Shown here piece by piece: positions 1-14,319 of a DNA stretch of 64,000 bases. Location: positions 2,790,001 to 2,854,000 of the forward strand of contig OZ218957.1 in assembly GCA_965112735.1 (NCBI GenBank). The letters are read 5' to 3'. A program made the translations under genes and the position numbers. How positions within the stretch are numbered: position 1 is the first letter of the stretch; every line of letters starts with the position of its first letter. Origin of the DNA: Phaeosaccion multiseriatum (taxonomy: Eukaryota > Protista > Ochrophyta, other classes). A model generated the notes under the pieces. The model searched no databases. It was not told the DNA's origin and worked only from the letters and a program-made list of their open reading frames with translations.

Positions 1-49
1 CCCATACACCTCCACCCACAACAGCCCGGGCCGTCTCCTTTCCCCGCAG

Positions 50-998
50 ATGTGCACTCTCTGGTACCGCCCGCCGGAGCTGCTCTTTGGATCCCGTGAG
101 TACGGCCCCGGGGTGGACGTGTGGGGGGTGGGATGTGTGTTTGCGGAGCTCATGATGAGAAGGCCGCTGTTTCAGCAGAACTCCCCTTCAGAGCTGCAGC
201 AGTTACAGAAGACGTTTCAGATCATGGGCACGCCTGTGCCGAGCAAGTGGAAGGTGAGGATGGGGGGTTGGGAGGGGGTAGGGGTGAGGGAAAGTGAGCG
301 TATTATGGTGCGTGGGGGTGGGGGGTGGATTGGTGGGTGGGGGGTTGCGTGTGAGTGTGTGCGTTTTTGTGTGTGTGTGTGTTGTCTGGTGTTTGTGCTT
401 TATCACAACCTCATGTTCCACCGTACCGCATAGAACAAAAGCGCCCGCAAACCACACATGCATTCATGTACGTACCCTCGTACTCACGCACCCACCCACC
501 CATCCCTTCCTTCCCCACCCACCCACCCACTTCCTTGCCCACTCCCTCTCTCTCTCACTCTCTCTCTCTCACATGCACCCACCCATATACCCACCCATAT
601 ACCCACTCATCCACCAACCCAACCCAACCCAGGACATGGGCTCCCTCCCCTCCTTCGTGGAGTTCGTGCCCCAGCCACCCGTCGATTTCTCCACCTTCCT
701 CACCGCCATCAGCGCAGAGGCCATGGACCTCCTTCAGCAGATGCTCCGCCTCAATCCTAGTGACCGTATTTGTGCTTCGCAGGCTTTGAGCCACGACTAT
801 TTCAAGACCAGACCAGAGGCCTCCCCGCCAGGGGATCTTCCGCTCCCTGTTGCTGCCCCTGCCCCTACCGCTTCGTTGTCGGCACCGCCGCCGCAACAGC
901 AGCAGCCTGGCGGCGACGACGTACAAGGGAAGCACCAACAGCAGCAGCAGGGAGGCACCACCGCTGCCAAGCCCTCAGTCAAGTCTCCCGCGTACTAG
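50..998 (+). CDS. Cyclin-dependent kinase, CDK7/CDKD-like; 3' part only (exons 50..253, 633..998; 5' exons are outside the window)
   Basis: Kinase subdomains VIII-XI: TLWYRPPELLFG..YGPGVDVWGVGCVFAELM and AMDLLQQMLRLNPSDRICASQALSHDYF. Acceptor cag at 47-49, donor gtgagg at 254, acceptor ag at 631-632, all phase 0. DMGSLPSFVEF resembles CDK7. Confidence 0.85.
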
Positions 999-1710
999 AC
1001 TGCCTCGGAGTGATCCCCACTCTCTCCTCCCCTCCTCCCCTCCCCTCCACCACCCCCCGCGGAGAGCCGGGGTGGCCGGTGTTGAAAGGCGCGAGAAGAA
1101 CGAGAGAAAGAGAGAAAGAGACGAGATGGACTTCTTCCTCCTCTTTTCTCTCGCACGGAACACCAACCCGAGGAACCGCCCGCAAGGGAGGGGTATGGGG
1201 TACGGGCATGGAGTGACGCCCCCCCCCCCCCCCGGAGAATGGAGGCAGGGAGGAGAAAGGGCTCTCCCGCCCGTGCCTTCCTGTATCTTTGCGGCCCCTG
1301 TCGGTGGTGGAAGGGTCAACGGAAGGTTCCGTGGCCAATGAGGAGGGCAAAGCAGCCGCGGGGTTTTTGTCGTCTTTCTTCTGTGCATTGGAGCGGAGAT
1401 GGACGGGGTGAGAAGCAGGCAGGCAAAGAGGGAGTGGATGGACAGTCTGAACAGCTCGCTCATGAGGCGTCAGCGCCTCCCTCCTCTCTGGAGGGGTGCG
1501 GTGTGGCGGCAACGCAAGCATGGAGATCGGAGGGGTTAAGGGGGATGCCGATGAGGAGCAGCAGGATAAGCACTTCGTGATCCAACACGAGGACATGAGC
1601 ACCACACAACAGCAGTAGCACAACAGCAGCTACAGCAGCAACAACACAACAGCAGCAACAGCATCAGCAGCAGCAGCAGCAGCACGGAAAAGACGCCGAA
1701 TGGAAGGGCC

Positions 1711-1750
1711 GAGTTTGTATCTCGAGTTTGTATCTCGAGTTTGTATCTCG
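1711..1750. repeat. 13-bp tandem repeat (gagtttgtatctc) x3
   Basis: Seen directly in the sequence. Confidence 0.8.
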
Positions 1751-1914
1751 CTCTCTTGTGGGCCTATGCAGCAGCATCCATCCCTCCCTCCCTCCCTCCC
1801 TCCCTCCCTGCCCTGCCCACCCACGCCCATGGGCTTCCAACTGGAGGAGGGAATGGCCGCAGAGAGGGATTGTGATGATAGGTGACGAAGGATGGATGAG
1901 CGCAGAGCACAGAT

Positions 1915-1998
1915 ACACACACCAAAGGATGAGCACAGCCACACACACCAAAGGATGAGCACAGCCACACACACCAAAGGATGAGCACAGCCACACAC
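1915..1998. repeat. 26-bp tandem repeat (ggatgagcacagccacacacaccaaa) x~3
   Basis: Identical units start at 1927, 1953 and 1979 (the last is partial). Confidence 0.85.
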
Positions 1999-2940
1999 GC
2001 TAACGTCCTCAGGACTTGCACAGCTCTTTGGACACTATGCAAGGCGTACGGTCGCGGTGCATCGCATAAGTACTTCGCAGTTTCAGCTGGTAGGTAAAGT
2101 CAGTGGCACACGCACGCAAGCACACACAGGAGCTGAGGGGCCCCTCTGCTGCCATCCGAGGCCCCCTCTGCTGCCATCCGAGGCACCCTAACACACAGGA
2201 CCTGTCTCAGCTGCTCCGACGCGAAGCTGTGGGAAGCTGTGGGAAGCTGTGGCCGCCTTTGACTGAAGCTGCCTCTGCAGGGGCATCGATACATGTATTG
2301 AGATGGAGATCGATGGGATGAAGCCGTGTCTGTGCTACCTGCACCTGCGGGGGGGGGGTTGTTTGCTTCGCTGTCTTTTCATTTAGTAACTCTGCTCAGT
2401 ATGATTTCCTAATTTCCCTCTTTATTGTACTTACTGTACTTCTATACCAACACTACTATTGTACCAGCAATTGAAGCGTAGAGAGAGTGGTTGCTTCGCC
2501 CTACGATGTACATCCCTTTCGAGCATATACATCAAAGACAAACAAACTCTTTGTCTCGTGCCACCGTAACAGAGGGGCGATGGGGTATGCCGGCAGGCAG
2601 ACATGCAACCTTACCGCCCCTCTTATCGGTTACACACACACACACACACACGAACTGTTATATCAAACCATCACACACGTCCTCACCCTGCATTCCCTCC
2701 CTCCCTCCCCTTCAGCCCCCCACCCTGCCGGGCGTTGCTACTCCGCGCTCCTCTCTCTGCGAATGCGAAGTGCGTAAGTGCCCATCTCTCACCACCCTCA
2801 GAGCGTCAGAGACGAGGCATGCAAACACCTCCCTCTATCTATCCATCCATCCATCTATCCATCCATCCCTCGATATCGCTCCTCAGCCCTCAAAGGCGCC
2901 TTCATCGACATGCAAGTCGCTCTCCTCCATATCGAAACGT

Positions 2941-5900
2941 TCAGTCCTCAAAGTCGCTCTCGCTGTCCTCCGCCCCGTCCTCCTCGCTGGCGTCGGAATC
3001 ATCGTCGTCGTCTTCCCCCTCCTCCTCATCCTCGTCATCCCCACCCATGGCAGCGTAATTCACTCTGGAGCGCTCCCTCCTCTTGGCCGGAGTGGTAGTA
3101 ACCATAGAAACCACGCAGTCCTCATCACTGTCCTCCTCCTCATCATCATCGCTGGGGGTAGCCGCAGCAGCAGCCTTCTTTCCTCCGCGCCCCTTGGCCT
3201 TGGGGGCAGCTGCTCCTGCCTCCTTCTTCGTCTTCGTCCTGACGAGCACCTTCCTCTTCCCTCCCCCTCCCGCTGCTGCTGCCGCAGTCGGCGCCTTGGC
3301 CTTCGGGGCCGCCTGCTTCTTTGGAGCCGAGGCCTTGGCAGCAGCCGGGGGCTTCCTCTTGGCCCCTGTAGCCCGCTTCACCGCCGCAGGTACGTGCTCC
3401 TCCTCCTCCTCCTCCTCGTCGTCGTCGTCGTCGTCGTCCTCCTCCTCGTCCTCATCGCTGAGGACAGCGTGCACCTGAGGGGCTGCAGCAGCGGCCCTGC
3501 GCTTGGCGTATGTCTTGGGCTTGGGCTTGTTGGCCAGGCTGTCCAGGGAGGCGAAGATGTCGTCCTCGTCTCCGTCACTGTACTCAATGCTGCCCCCGCG
3601 TGTGTCCTTCACCAAGTCAACCTCCTCTTCCTCTTCCTCCTCCTCCTCCTCCTCCTCCTCCTCCTCCTGCTGCTGCTGCTGAGGTGCCTTGGTCTTCTTC
3701 TGGGTCAGCTTCTTGCCCCCCTTAGAGGCCTTTGAAGGGGCAGCAGCCTTCGCCTTAGCCAAGCTCGTCTTGGCCTTCTTGCCTCCTCCGGCAGCAGGCG
3801 GAGCCTTTGCAGCTGGGGCCGACTTCTTGCTCTTTGTGCCGGCCTTGCCCGAGTCGTAATCGCTCTCATCGTCCTCGCTATCTCCCACGCTGAACACTTC
3901 GTCATCCTCCTCGTCTTCCTCGCTCTCCTCCTCTTCCTCGCCGCTGTCCCACTCCATCTGAGCCCTGACATTGACCGCCTTGACGGCCGCCGCTCTGGAG
4001 GAACGAGCACGCTTCTTCTCCGGTGACTTGAAGGTCGGGTCCACTTCCATCGCAACACCCTTGTCGGCTGCCCTGTCATCACCATCGTCCTCGCTGTCTG
4101 ACTCATCGCCCTCAAACTCATCCTCCTCCTCCTCCTCCGAGTCTACCTCCTTGGTCTTCTTCTTGGCCTTGCCCGCCCCCGCGCCCCCCTTGGCCTTGCC
4201 TCCTCCTGCCGGCTTCACTTTGAGGGGCGTGCCCCGGGGCCTCTTGCCGCTTGCTGCTGAGGAGGAGGCGGAGGAGGAAGCCGAGCTCTTGCTGGCGGCC
4301 TTGCTGCTAGCCTTGCTGCTGCCCCCCTTCGTTTTGGCAGCAGCGGTGGATGCCTTGGTCCTGGCACTTGCCGAGGGCAGGGCCTTACCGCTGCTCGCCG
4401 CGGCCATGTTCGCTCGGGCAATCTCAATCTTGCTCATGCCCTGCGATAGTCGGTCCATCTCCTCCATCTCATCTTCCTCCTCCTCCTCCTCTTCCACATC
4501 GGACTCGATGTCCACGACATCACCACCACCTCCACCTCCACCAAAGTCGAGGGCTTTCTTGACCACCCTGCTGCTCCCTGCCCCTGCCTTGCCCGCTCTG
4601 TTGCTGTTGCTGCTGCCCTTGCTGGCGCTGCCCTCGCTGCTGTTGCTCCCTCGACGTGCCGCCTTGGTGCCTCCTCCCCCACCCACATGAACTCCTCCAC
4701 ACACTCCAATCCTGCCCGCCTTCTCCGCCTCAGCGAACGAGATGGAGACCATTTCGCCGCCCTCGCAGGTACGGTACACATCCAACGGCTCCAGCGGTGG
4801 TAGCGCACTCACTGGCGGGGCCTTGTTACTCGCCCCCTTGCCCCCCTTTCCTCCCCTTCCCTTCCCACCCTTACCCTTGCCGGAATCCTCAAAGTCGGAG
4901 TCGTCGTCGTCGTCGTCGTATTCCTCACTGCCCTTCTTCTTGCTCCTTCCTCCTCCTCCCCTCCTACCCTTCCCACCACCACCTGCCGCCGCATTCTTCT
5001 TGGCAGCCCGTCTCTGCTTCTCCTCCTCCTGCCGCCCTTCCTCCATCCTCGCATCCAACGCATCCAACTCGCCATCAATGGCATCAAGGTCCGCCAGCCA
5101 CATGTCCGAGGGCTCCGTGGCCTTGAGGTCTGCCACCGCCTGCGTCTTCTGCGCCAGTTCCGCCTCCATCTGCTTCACCCTCTCCATGGTCAGGCTCCAG
5201 ATACGCATGCTCAGGAGGTAGTCGTAGCCCTTCGCCAGCCGACCGTAGTCGCTGCTCTCCTCCACTTCCTCGTCCTCGTCACTCCCCCCGCCCGCCTCAG
5301 CATCAGCCTGGTCAGCAGCCAGCCCCGCCCCACCCTTCTTCTTGTCGGGTAGGAAGAGGTCATAGCCCTCGGCCTCGAGCTCGTCCAGCAGGTCCTGCTT
5401 CTTGCGATTGGACACTGTGAGGGTCCGCTGCACCACCGCGAGGATGAAGCGCACCTTGTTGCTGAGCTTCCTCCACTCCGACTCCAGGACAGTCAGCATG
5501 TGAGCCTGAGTCCGCGTGAGAGAAAGAGAGAGAGAGAGGGGGGGGGGTAGGGGGGGTAGGGCAGACAGATACAAGGTGTGGGCACGGGCGTGAGTGAAGA
5601 AGAGCAAGCGATAGACACCATCCTTCTGCTTGCTCCAGGCCCTGCTTCAGACCTCCCTCCTCACTCCCCCCCCCATCCCAACCAACCCCACTCCACTTTA
5701 CGCACCCCCTCCTCGACTCAGTCTCTCTCCGTTTCTCACCTTCCTGCGGTCGTACCACTCAACGCGAAGGTCGTAGAAGGCTTCCATAATGTCGATGGGC
5801 GTCTCGTACCGCGTAATGGCGCTGCGGTGGTCAAAGAGCGTCATGTTGGTGGTGTTGACGGTGGACTCAATCTTGAAGAACTTCTCAAGCCCCCCGACTT

Positions 5901-8900
5901 GGTGCTCCAAACGGTCCAAGTCGGCAGGCAGCATGGTCACGATAAAGTGCACAGTCGAGTCGGTGTGATTCTCCTTGAAGTCTTTGATGCAGCACTGCTT
6001 CGCCGCTGCCTTGGCCTCCTCCTCCCCCTGCTGGCCGTCCCCTCCCCCCGCCGCTGCTTTGCCTGCCGCCTTGCCCTTGCCTTTGCCCTTGGTTGCAGCA
6101 GCACCACTCGCGCCGCCCGTTTTCTTCCCGTCGTCCGCGCCCACCAACAGTCCCTCCAGGAAGGTCTTGTATGTGCTGGTCCAATGCTTAACCGGCAGCT
6201 CCGTGATGACCACAGTGTCATCTTCCGTCCTCTCCAGCTTCCCTTGCACCACAAAGGCGCCATCTTTGTTGGCATCTCCCTTCTTCTTGCCCTCCTTGGG
6301 CCTCACCTCACCCCCAAAACCCCTCCACCACGGCTGCATTTGAATCATGCCCTTGCCCTTGATCTTACGACGCAGGTTGGCGACGATGTCTCTGGGGCAG
6401 TAGTTCGGCACGCTGGAGGACCAACCCGTGCCGATGCCCTCGCCTCCATTGACGAGCACCATGGGAATGACAGGCATATAGTACTCGGGCTCGATGGACA
6501 GGCCGTCGTCGTCCAGGAACTGGAGTGGGCGCGTCAGAAGGGGGAGGAGGAGGAGGAGGTGGAGGAGGAGGAGGAGTGGGGGGGGGGGGGGCGGTGAGGG
6601 TGAGGAGCAAGAGGGGATGGCAGCGAATTGGATCATCTCCTCCTGCTGGAGTGGAGGACCATTCATTCTGTATTGCCATCCAGCCTCCTGTCCCTGCCAT
6701 CTAGTGCCATCTAACCCACCTTGTGCAGCGGGCCGTCGTCCGGGTGAAAGATCATGGTGGCGATGGTTTCCAGTCTGGTGTAAATGTATCGCGCAGAGGC
6801 GGCGTCCTTGCCTCCCATGAGGCGGGTGCCGAACTGGCCCGATGGGTACAGCAAGTTGACGTTGTTGGAGCCCACAAAGTCCTGGGCCATACCCACAATG
6901 GTGCCTGGGAGCGTCAGAAGAGAGGGTGAGTGTCAGGACAGAGGGTGGGTCTCAGCAGAGCAGGCCATCGTGATTCTGGAAAGATCGAAGAACCAACTCA
7001 CTCACCTGTGAGCGAGGCCTCGCCGTGGTGGTAGGCGGAGTGCTCGGACACGTACCCCGCGAGCTGTGCCACCTTGATCTCGCTCTTGAGGTTGCGCTTG
7101 AGGCAGCTGAAGAGCACCTTGCGCTGATGAGGAGGGAGAGGGAGAGAGGAAGAGGAGGGGAGAGGATCAGGGGAGGAGGGCAAAAGGGTGGCAGGAACGG
7201 GGGGAGGGGTATGCAATCTGGAGAAGTCTTTTGTGAGGACAAGACCTCGACCTCACAACACAACACAACCCCCCCCCCTTCCCACCTACCCTACACCCTC
7301 CCCTCCTTACCCTACACGTCCTCATGGCCAGAACACCCGCCCCCCTACCCCATAATACCCTATATCCACCTGAGAAGGCTTGAAGCCGTCCACCATGGAG
7401 GGAATGGAGCGCTGATTGTCCGCCAGGCTAAAGAGGATGAGCTCTTCATTGACGAAGCTTGTGTACTTCATCGTGTCCACCTCGTAGGAGCAGTGCGTGC
7501 CGAGCTTGAAGGCGTTGAGCCAGGCCTTGCGGTCCTCCACCCTACGTTTAGGGGTTGGGTGGGGAGGGGGTGGATGGATGGAGTTGAAGAGGGGGAGGGG
7601 GAGGAAGAGGAGGAGGAGGGGGGAGAAGGAAGGAAGGCAGGGCATGCTTACTTCGTCAGTCAGGAGGTAGATACAGAGGAGGGGGGGGGGGAGATATCGG
7701 TGTCTGTCAGAGAGTGTAGACCGCTGGGAAGGGGTACCTCTCTGAGTGACAGTGCCACTCACGCACACACACCTCTTCTTGTCACACACAGCAACGCTGA
7801 CTCACCTCTTCTTGTCACACATATATACACACATACACATACACACAGCAACGCTGACTCACCTCTTCTTGTCACACACACACACATACACATACACACA
7901 GCAACGCTGACTCACCTCTTCTTGCTGAAGGCCATCTCAATGAGGTCCCCGTCCTGCCCCCCCTCCTCCCACTCGAAGGCGATAAGGTGAGTGCCTAAGT
8001 CACTGAAGTACTCCTTGGCCTCCTTGGCGGTGCTGGTGCCCAGACCTGCTCTCCATCCATCCCATCCCATCCAAGAGGCAGAGAGAGAAAGAGAGAGAGA
8101 GGGCAGAGCAAAACAGAGCCGGGCAGACGGTATTAGCTTAGTGAGTCAAGGAGGAAGAAGAATCTGACCCTGACCGAGACGTTGATCCATACCATCTGAC
8201 TCATCCATAGGGTACCATCCCCTTTCCCTCACCCTCCCATTCATTATGCCGTACTATTCATAGGGTACCATCTACCACTGACCCTTGTAGTACTTGATGG
8301 TCCATCCCTTGCCCTCCTGGTGCGAGCGTCGCCAAGCCTCGTACTCGGGCAGCGTGTAGAAGGCCTTGGACTGGCCCCTGCCATTGTTGTTGTTGTTGTT
8401 GTTGCTCAGGCCCTTGCTGACTTTAACGATGGGGGTGATGAACTCCTGCAGGAAACCGGGCACCTGAGCGAGAGAGGGGAGGAGGAGGGGGGGGAGAGTG
8501 AGGGAGGGGAGAGATAGTCCTGAGAGAGAGAGGGGAAGAGGGAGAGGAAAAGGGGGGGGGGGGCGGAGGAGCCACACAATACGAATAACCACATTACCTA
8601 CCTGTAGCAGCGAGGGCCAAAAGTTGTGAATGAAGTTGATGAGGAGGCCCTTGATGTGTGAGCCGTCGTGATCTTGATCGGTCATGATGAGCAGGTGTCC
8701 GTAGCGCATGCCCTGAGTGGAGGTGTACTCGGTGCCGTACTTGAGCCCGAGGATCTTGACCACATTGGTGATCTCGTCGTTGCCGGTCACCTGTGAGTCA
8801 GAGGGATGGGAGGGAGTAAGAGAGGAATGGTGGTAAGTGAGTGAGTCAGATTAAGGGAGCGAGCAAGAGGGGAGGATGGGGGGAGAGGAGTGAGTGAGTG

Positions 8901-10825
8901 AGCGAGTGAGTGAGCGAGTGTAGTGATTGAGGACAGGGAAAGAGTGAAAGCGAGTAGTGAGGAAAGTGACTGTGGGTAAATACAGAGATACAAAAAGCAC
9001 CCCTTCCTCCCTCTCTCCCTCCCTGACCTGCTTGGTCGTGGCATCTCGAACGTTGAGCAACTTGCCCTTGAGAGGGAACACCCCGTAATAGTCCCTCCCC
9101 ACCACCCCGAGGCCGGAAACGGCAAGCGTTTTGGCGCTGTCTCCCTCCGTGAGGATGAGCGTGCACTGCTGGCTCGCGGCCGTTCCTGCGCAGTTGGCGT
9201 CGTCAAGCTTAGGGATGCCTGTCAGCTTGCCAGATTTCTTGCCAGACTTCTTGCCCAGCTATGAGGTCACAAGAGAGAGAGAGAGGGGGGGGGGGGAGGG
9301 GAGAAGAGAGAGGAATGGATGAATGCGAAGCTGGGTCAGAAAGGGAATGGATGGGAAAGAGGAGAGGAGTAAAGCTGGGCGGATCAGCAGGAGAGTGGAT
9401 GCGATGAAGGGATGGATTGATCAGTCAGACGCCTGTGCGGACAAGTGGACTCCCCCCCCCAATACACATACACACACACACACCCACCTGCTGTTGAGAC
9501 TTGAACTTGGCCCAAGACAAGACCCTGTCCACCACGTCGCTCTTCTCCACCAGCTTGAGGAAGGCAGCGGACAGCACAGGCTTGGACCCAAAAGCAGTGG
9601 CCCTGGTGGTGAGGTTCTCCTTGGTCTGACTGTCAAAGGCCGGGTTCTCAATGAGGCAGTTGACAAAGACGCTGAGGTGATTCTTGATGTGGTTGGCCTT
9701 GACCTCTTCTTTGTTGTTCTTCTTCTTCACCACCGCCATGAGCTTCGTCGCCACCTGTGGGTAAGTGTGCGTGCGTGAGTGTGAGTGTACGTACGGGTGT
9801 GTGTGTACGTGTGTGGAGAAGCGAGCGTGTAAAGTTCAAGACACCGCCCCTCCAATCCCCTGCCCGTGCCCCCCCCCCCCCCTCTCTCTCTCTCCAGTCC
9901 CTCACCACCAACCTGATCGGCGATGAGCTGAACATGCGGCCCTCCCTTTGTCGTGCAAATGGAGTTGACGAAGGAGATATGCTGAAAGGACCCGTCACTC
10001 ACGCCCACACACACCTCCCACCGTCCATCCCCGATCACCTCCGAGGCTACGGGCTCCTCAAGTCCCTTGTACACAGATAGGTACGATTGAAAGCTCTTCA
10101 CCCCGAGACGGGTGCCGTTCAGGAACACCTGCGATGGGTCGTGTTGTGTCGTGTTGTGTGTGGGTGCGTGCGGGGGGGGGGGGGGTAGGGGAGAGGGGGT
10201 ATTCATTGACTTAGAGTAGGAATCACCTAGGAAACTGAAAGTGTGGGTAGGGGGAGAGGGGAGTGGATGGGGGAATGGGAGGGATGGGTTGGGTGTTTGT
10301 GTGTGTGCATGTGTATAGGTTTGTGTACGCGAGGCATGGGGACAAAGTTGACCAAGAGAGGAAGAGAGTGTTATTCCAAATGCCTCCCAACTAACCACAA
10401 TACAGCTCTGACTCCCTTACCATATATGCCTCTAACCACCCACCCAACTTAACGGAACAAACTCACTAACCTTGACTCTCTTCCCCTCGGACAGGCCCGA
10501 GCAGCCCGCCATATCAAAGGCCCTCTTGCTGAAGAGCGCTTCGATATCGTCATCCATGCCCGTCATGCCAAAGCGTGCCCAGTCCGGCGTGAAGGTGATG
10601 CACGTGAAGTCAGCGCCGCTGTACTTGGATATGGTGGGAGGCCTGTGGTGGTGCGGGAGGGGGAGGGAGGGAGGGGGTAGGGTTGAGGGAGGGAGGGAGG
10701 GAAGGGAGGGAGAAAGGGGGGCGAGAGAAGGAGGGACGGGGGGGGGGGAGCCCATCCCTGTCCAGCCCTGCCGCCCTCCACCCATTTATTACTCACATAG
10801 CACTGCCGCCCCGCCCCTCCCCTCT

Positions 10826-10861
<36 letters not shown>

Positions 10862-13553
10862 TCTTAGGTTGATTCCTATAAGTCAATATACTCCGCCCTC
10901 CACTCCCCTCCCCTCGTATGCTCTCGCTACTCACTCTTTGACTGTCATGTTGTCTCTGAAGACCTGCGTGTACTGCTTGCCCGAGTTGCTGTCCGCCGTG
11001 CACACCTGATGAGAGTTTGCAGTTCCAGATCGCATGCAGTTCCACCCAGTTTCAGTTCGTTAGTTTCTTGACTACTGACCTCGATATATCAACATCACCG
11101 AACATACCGAGACCACACAGAACGTTATCACATACCGATGTAACGCATCGATGACATCACATATCGACATAAAATATCGATGCTTACGTAAGTACTTGCC
11201 TCGAATTTGGTGGAGAAGATGTTGGCAAGCTTAGCCCCGTACCCGTTACGGCCCCCCGTGGTCTTCTTCTGCGCATCGTCGAAGTTGCTGCCTGAGGGTT
11301 GGAGTGGGCAGATGGCAGCAGATGGGGTGGATGAGAAGTGGACAGACGGGCGCATACGTGTGTGTGAGAGAGGGAGAGAGATAGAGAGAGACCTATTGAC
11401 AGATAGAGAGAAAGAGAGAGAGGGAAAGAGGGAGGGTGTACGCATGCTGGTCAGCAAGGCGCTGTACCATGTATCGAACGTATCGAATGGTGAACAAGAG
11501 GAAGAGTTGGGGCCATCGTTGGGGCCCTCACTGACATACGCACGGTACTGAGAGAGGCACAGGGGGGGGGGGGGGATGACTTCATTGACGCGTGTTTAAT
11601 TGACTTACCCGTAAGCAGGTTTCCGAAGATGAGCTCTGGCACGTAGCACTTGTGCTCCTGATGCATGGCAATGGGGATGCCGCTGCCGTTGTTCCACACC
11701 GAGATGGATCCACCAGAGCGGTCGACGGTCACCTGAAGGGGCGGGGGTGGGGAGTACCAGGGAGAGACAGAGGGGGGGGCAGGGGAATGAGAGAGAGAGA
11801 AGACAGAGGGTAGGGTGAGGTGGCAATAGTAGACGTGTTGCGACCCTTGCCTCATCGATTCATTTGCCTCCCCCCTGCCCTGCCCTCCCTCCCTTCCGCC
11901 CTTACCCCCCATCCGCTGCCATCCCTCCTCCCTTCCCTGACTTATTGTTACCTTGAGGGTGTCCATACCGGGGTCCCTCTGCTTGTTGTCAGCGGCGTTG
12001 ACAATGATCTCGTCGAAGATCTTGAACAGACCCGGCACGTAAGACACCACCCTGTGTGTGTAGGAGAGAGAGAGGGAGAGAGTGTAGGAGAGAGGGAGAG
12101 AGGGAGAGAGAGTGTGTATGTTTATGGGCAGGGGGGGAGAGGGGTTAAGAGAGGAGGAGGAGTTGAAAGGAGAATCAGAAGAGGAGGTAGACAGGCAATT
12201 CGGCAGGTAGACGCGTGACGGAGCGGAGGAGGGGGGGTGCCAAGCCGCCATCGGACACGGCTCGGGGGGGGCGTTATTTGTAACTGCGCGAAAGTGTGTG
12301 TTTTCTCGAGTGTAAGTAAGTGGGAGAAAGAATAAGAATGCGCATCTGCTTGCCACATGCCTGCCCATATGCTTGCCTGTTGACGAGCTTCTCACTGACG
12401 GAGTCGTAGACCCACATGGGTTGTGTCATCTGCTCACACGACCCCACTGCAAACGCAGCAGATGGATGGAGGCGTACGGACAAGAGCAGGAGGTAGGGAG
12501 GGGGGCGGGTCTGAGTCAGTGAACAGCATGTATGAGCTACAGTATCGAGTGGAAATTGCTTCCGAGGCCACACACATCTGAGGAGGGGGAATGGAAACAC
12601 CCTCATACTTTTCTTTAACCCCCCTTCCCTCATGCCCTATATGCCTCCACCCAACTCACGCCCCTCCCCTCCCCTCCCGCATGCCCCATATACCTCCACC
12701 CAACCAAACCCACCATACGAGTCGGGCCTGAGGAGGATGTGCTCGAGCTGAGTCTTCTTCTGATATATCTGTTCAATGCTGCGGCCCTTGCCCTTGGCCT
12801 TGCTCTTGCCGTGCTGCTGCTCCTCCTCCATGTCGATCACATCGACATCGGCCACGTTGACCTCGCCCAGGGGGGCGCCCTTGGCAGCCTTGGAGGTCTA
12901 ACGGGGGGGGGGGGAGGGGGAAGCAGAAAAAGTGTGAAAAAGTGCAGAGGCGGGGTGAGTGGAGCAATTAAAGTTCCAGAGAGGGTTAGGGTGAGGCCTG
13001 ATGTAGTGATGGAAGGAAGAGATATCGATGAAGGAGTGGGGAAGAACAAAGGTGCGAGTGCGAGAGAGAGGTGAGTGAGGGAAAGAGCTCGGGGGAGAGA
13101 AGAGCTTTGGCGGGAAGCGCTTCGTGAGAGAATAAAGTTGAGAAATCGTTCGCAACAGCGTAAAAGGGGCTCTGATGGGAGTGCCTCAATTACAAGGGCT
13201 TCCCATCAGAAGTAGATGACAGGGAGGAGCACCGTGGCTGAAGGAGGGGGGGGTGGGAGGGGGGGGGCTGACAAGGTAGGACTGGCCAAGGATGGGGGAG
13301 GGAAGAGGGAGCGGGAAGCAAGTCAGGTTGATTTGGCGCAGTCCGTCCCTTAGCTTCCCATATCTACTACTGTCCCTTTCCCCCAAGTCTTTTCTCGCAC
13401 ACCTCGGTGACAAAGCAACTCCTGGCTCCCTTCTCTGAAGGAAGTTTTGTCTGGGCGAAAGAGGGCAACTTTACACACCTTCTTGACCTTCTTGCCGGGC
13501 TTTGCGCGCCCCATCTCATTCTCCACGTCGTCATACATCATGGAGCTGCTCAT
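2941..13553 (-). CDS. TOP2: DNA topoisomerase II, ~20 exons, with a long acidic/Lys-rich C-terminal tail
   Basis: Motifs in order: [18 protein letters not shown]; [23 protein letters not shown]; [15 protein letters not shown]; [10 protein letters not shown]; [11 protein letters not shown]; [16 protein letters not shown]; KYYKGLGT; DGFKPSQRK; AYHHGE; [12 protein letters not shown] (catalytic Tyr); [16 protein letters not shown]. First exon 13479..13553 splices in phase 0 to 12897. Stop at 2941. Confidence 0.97.
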
Positions 13554-14319
13554 GGTCTCCCTCCTTGAGGCTATGGACGCCCCGTCCTCTGCTGCTGCTG
13601 CTCCCCCCTTTTTTGGAGTCCTCCCCTTCTCTCCCTTCCCCTAGACAACGCACAGAGTACACTGTGGCAGCTTCTAGCTGCTTCCCCTGCTGCTATTGCT
13701 TCTACTTCCCCCCTACTGCTTTTGCTGTAGACTAATGTTGTCCCCCTTTCCTCCCCTCCTCTCGCTTGCTGTGCGACGATCCGGATCAAAAGGGCCAACG
13801 GCACATTTGGGGATGGCACTATACGGCTCGTGGATACAAACGGATCCAAACGGGCAAGATCCGATCAAGATATACAGCTGAGCTTAGGAGCAGCGGATGT
13901 TGAGCAGGAGAGTGCGAGGAGGGAGCTTCTGATGCATCTCGGACCCTCGAGGGAGGAGAAGATGCAGCCGCGGGCGGAGCAACACGTAATACTCAAGAGG
14001 GAGATGAAGATTTTGGAGGAAAAGGGGAAGGAGAAGGCCAAGAGAGAAAAAGAGAAAGGCGCGAAGAACGCCTTTCGGAGGGACAGGAAGCTCGTCCTTT
14101 TCCAGCTGGAGGCGGAGTCATCAGCAGGCCGCAGAAGTAGCAGCCAGGACTTTGAGAGGGCCCTGCGAGTCAGAGGGGGGGGGGCGGGAGGAAAACGAAG
14201 GGACCAACTGGATGGCAGACGCAGAGGCCACTTCCAAGAGGCAGTGCCTGGGTAGTAGAGAAGGTGGAGAACGCAACCGGGCAGTGTACAGCGAACGGGA
14301 TCCAGGCCAGCAGCCGCGG

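Noticed and set aside
2491-6597. Long plus-strand ORFs (414, 239, 339 aa)
   Set aside because: Antisense shadows of TOP2 exons.
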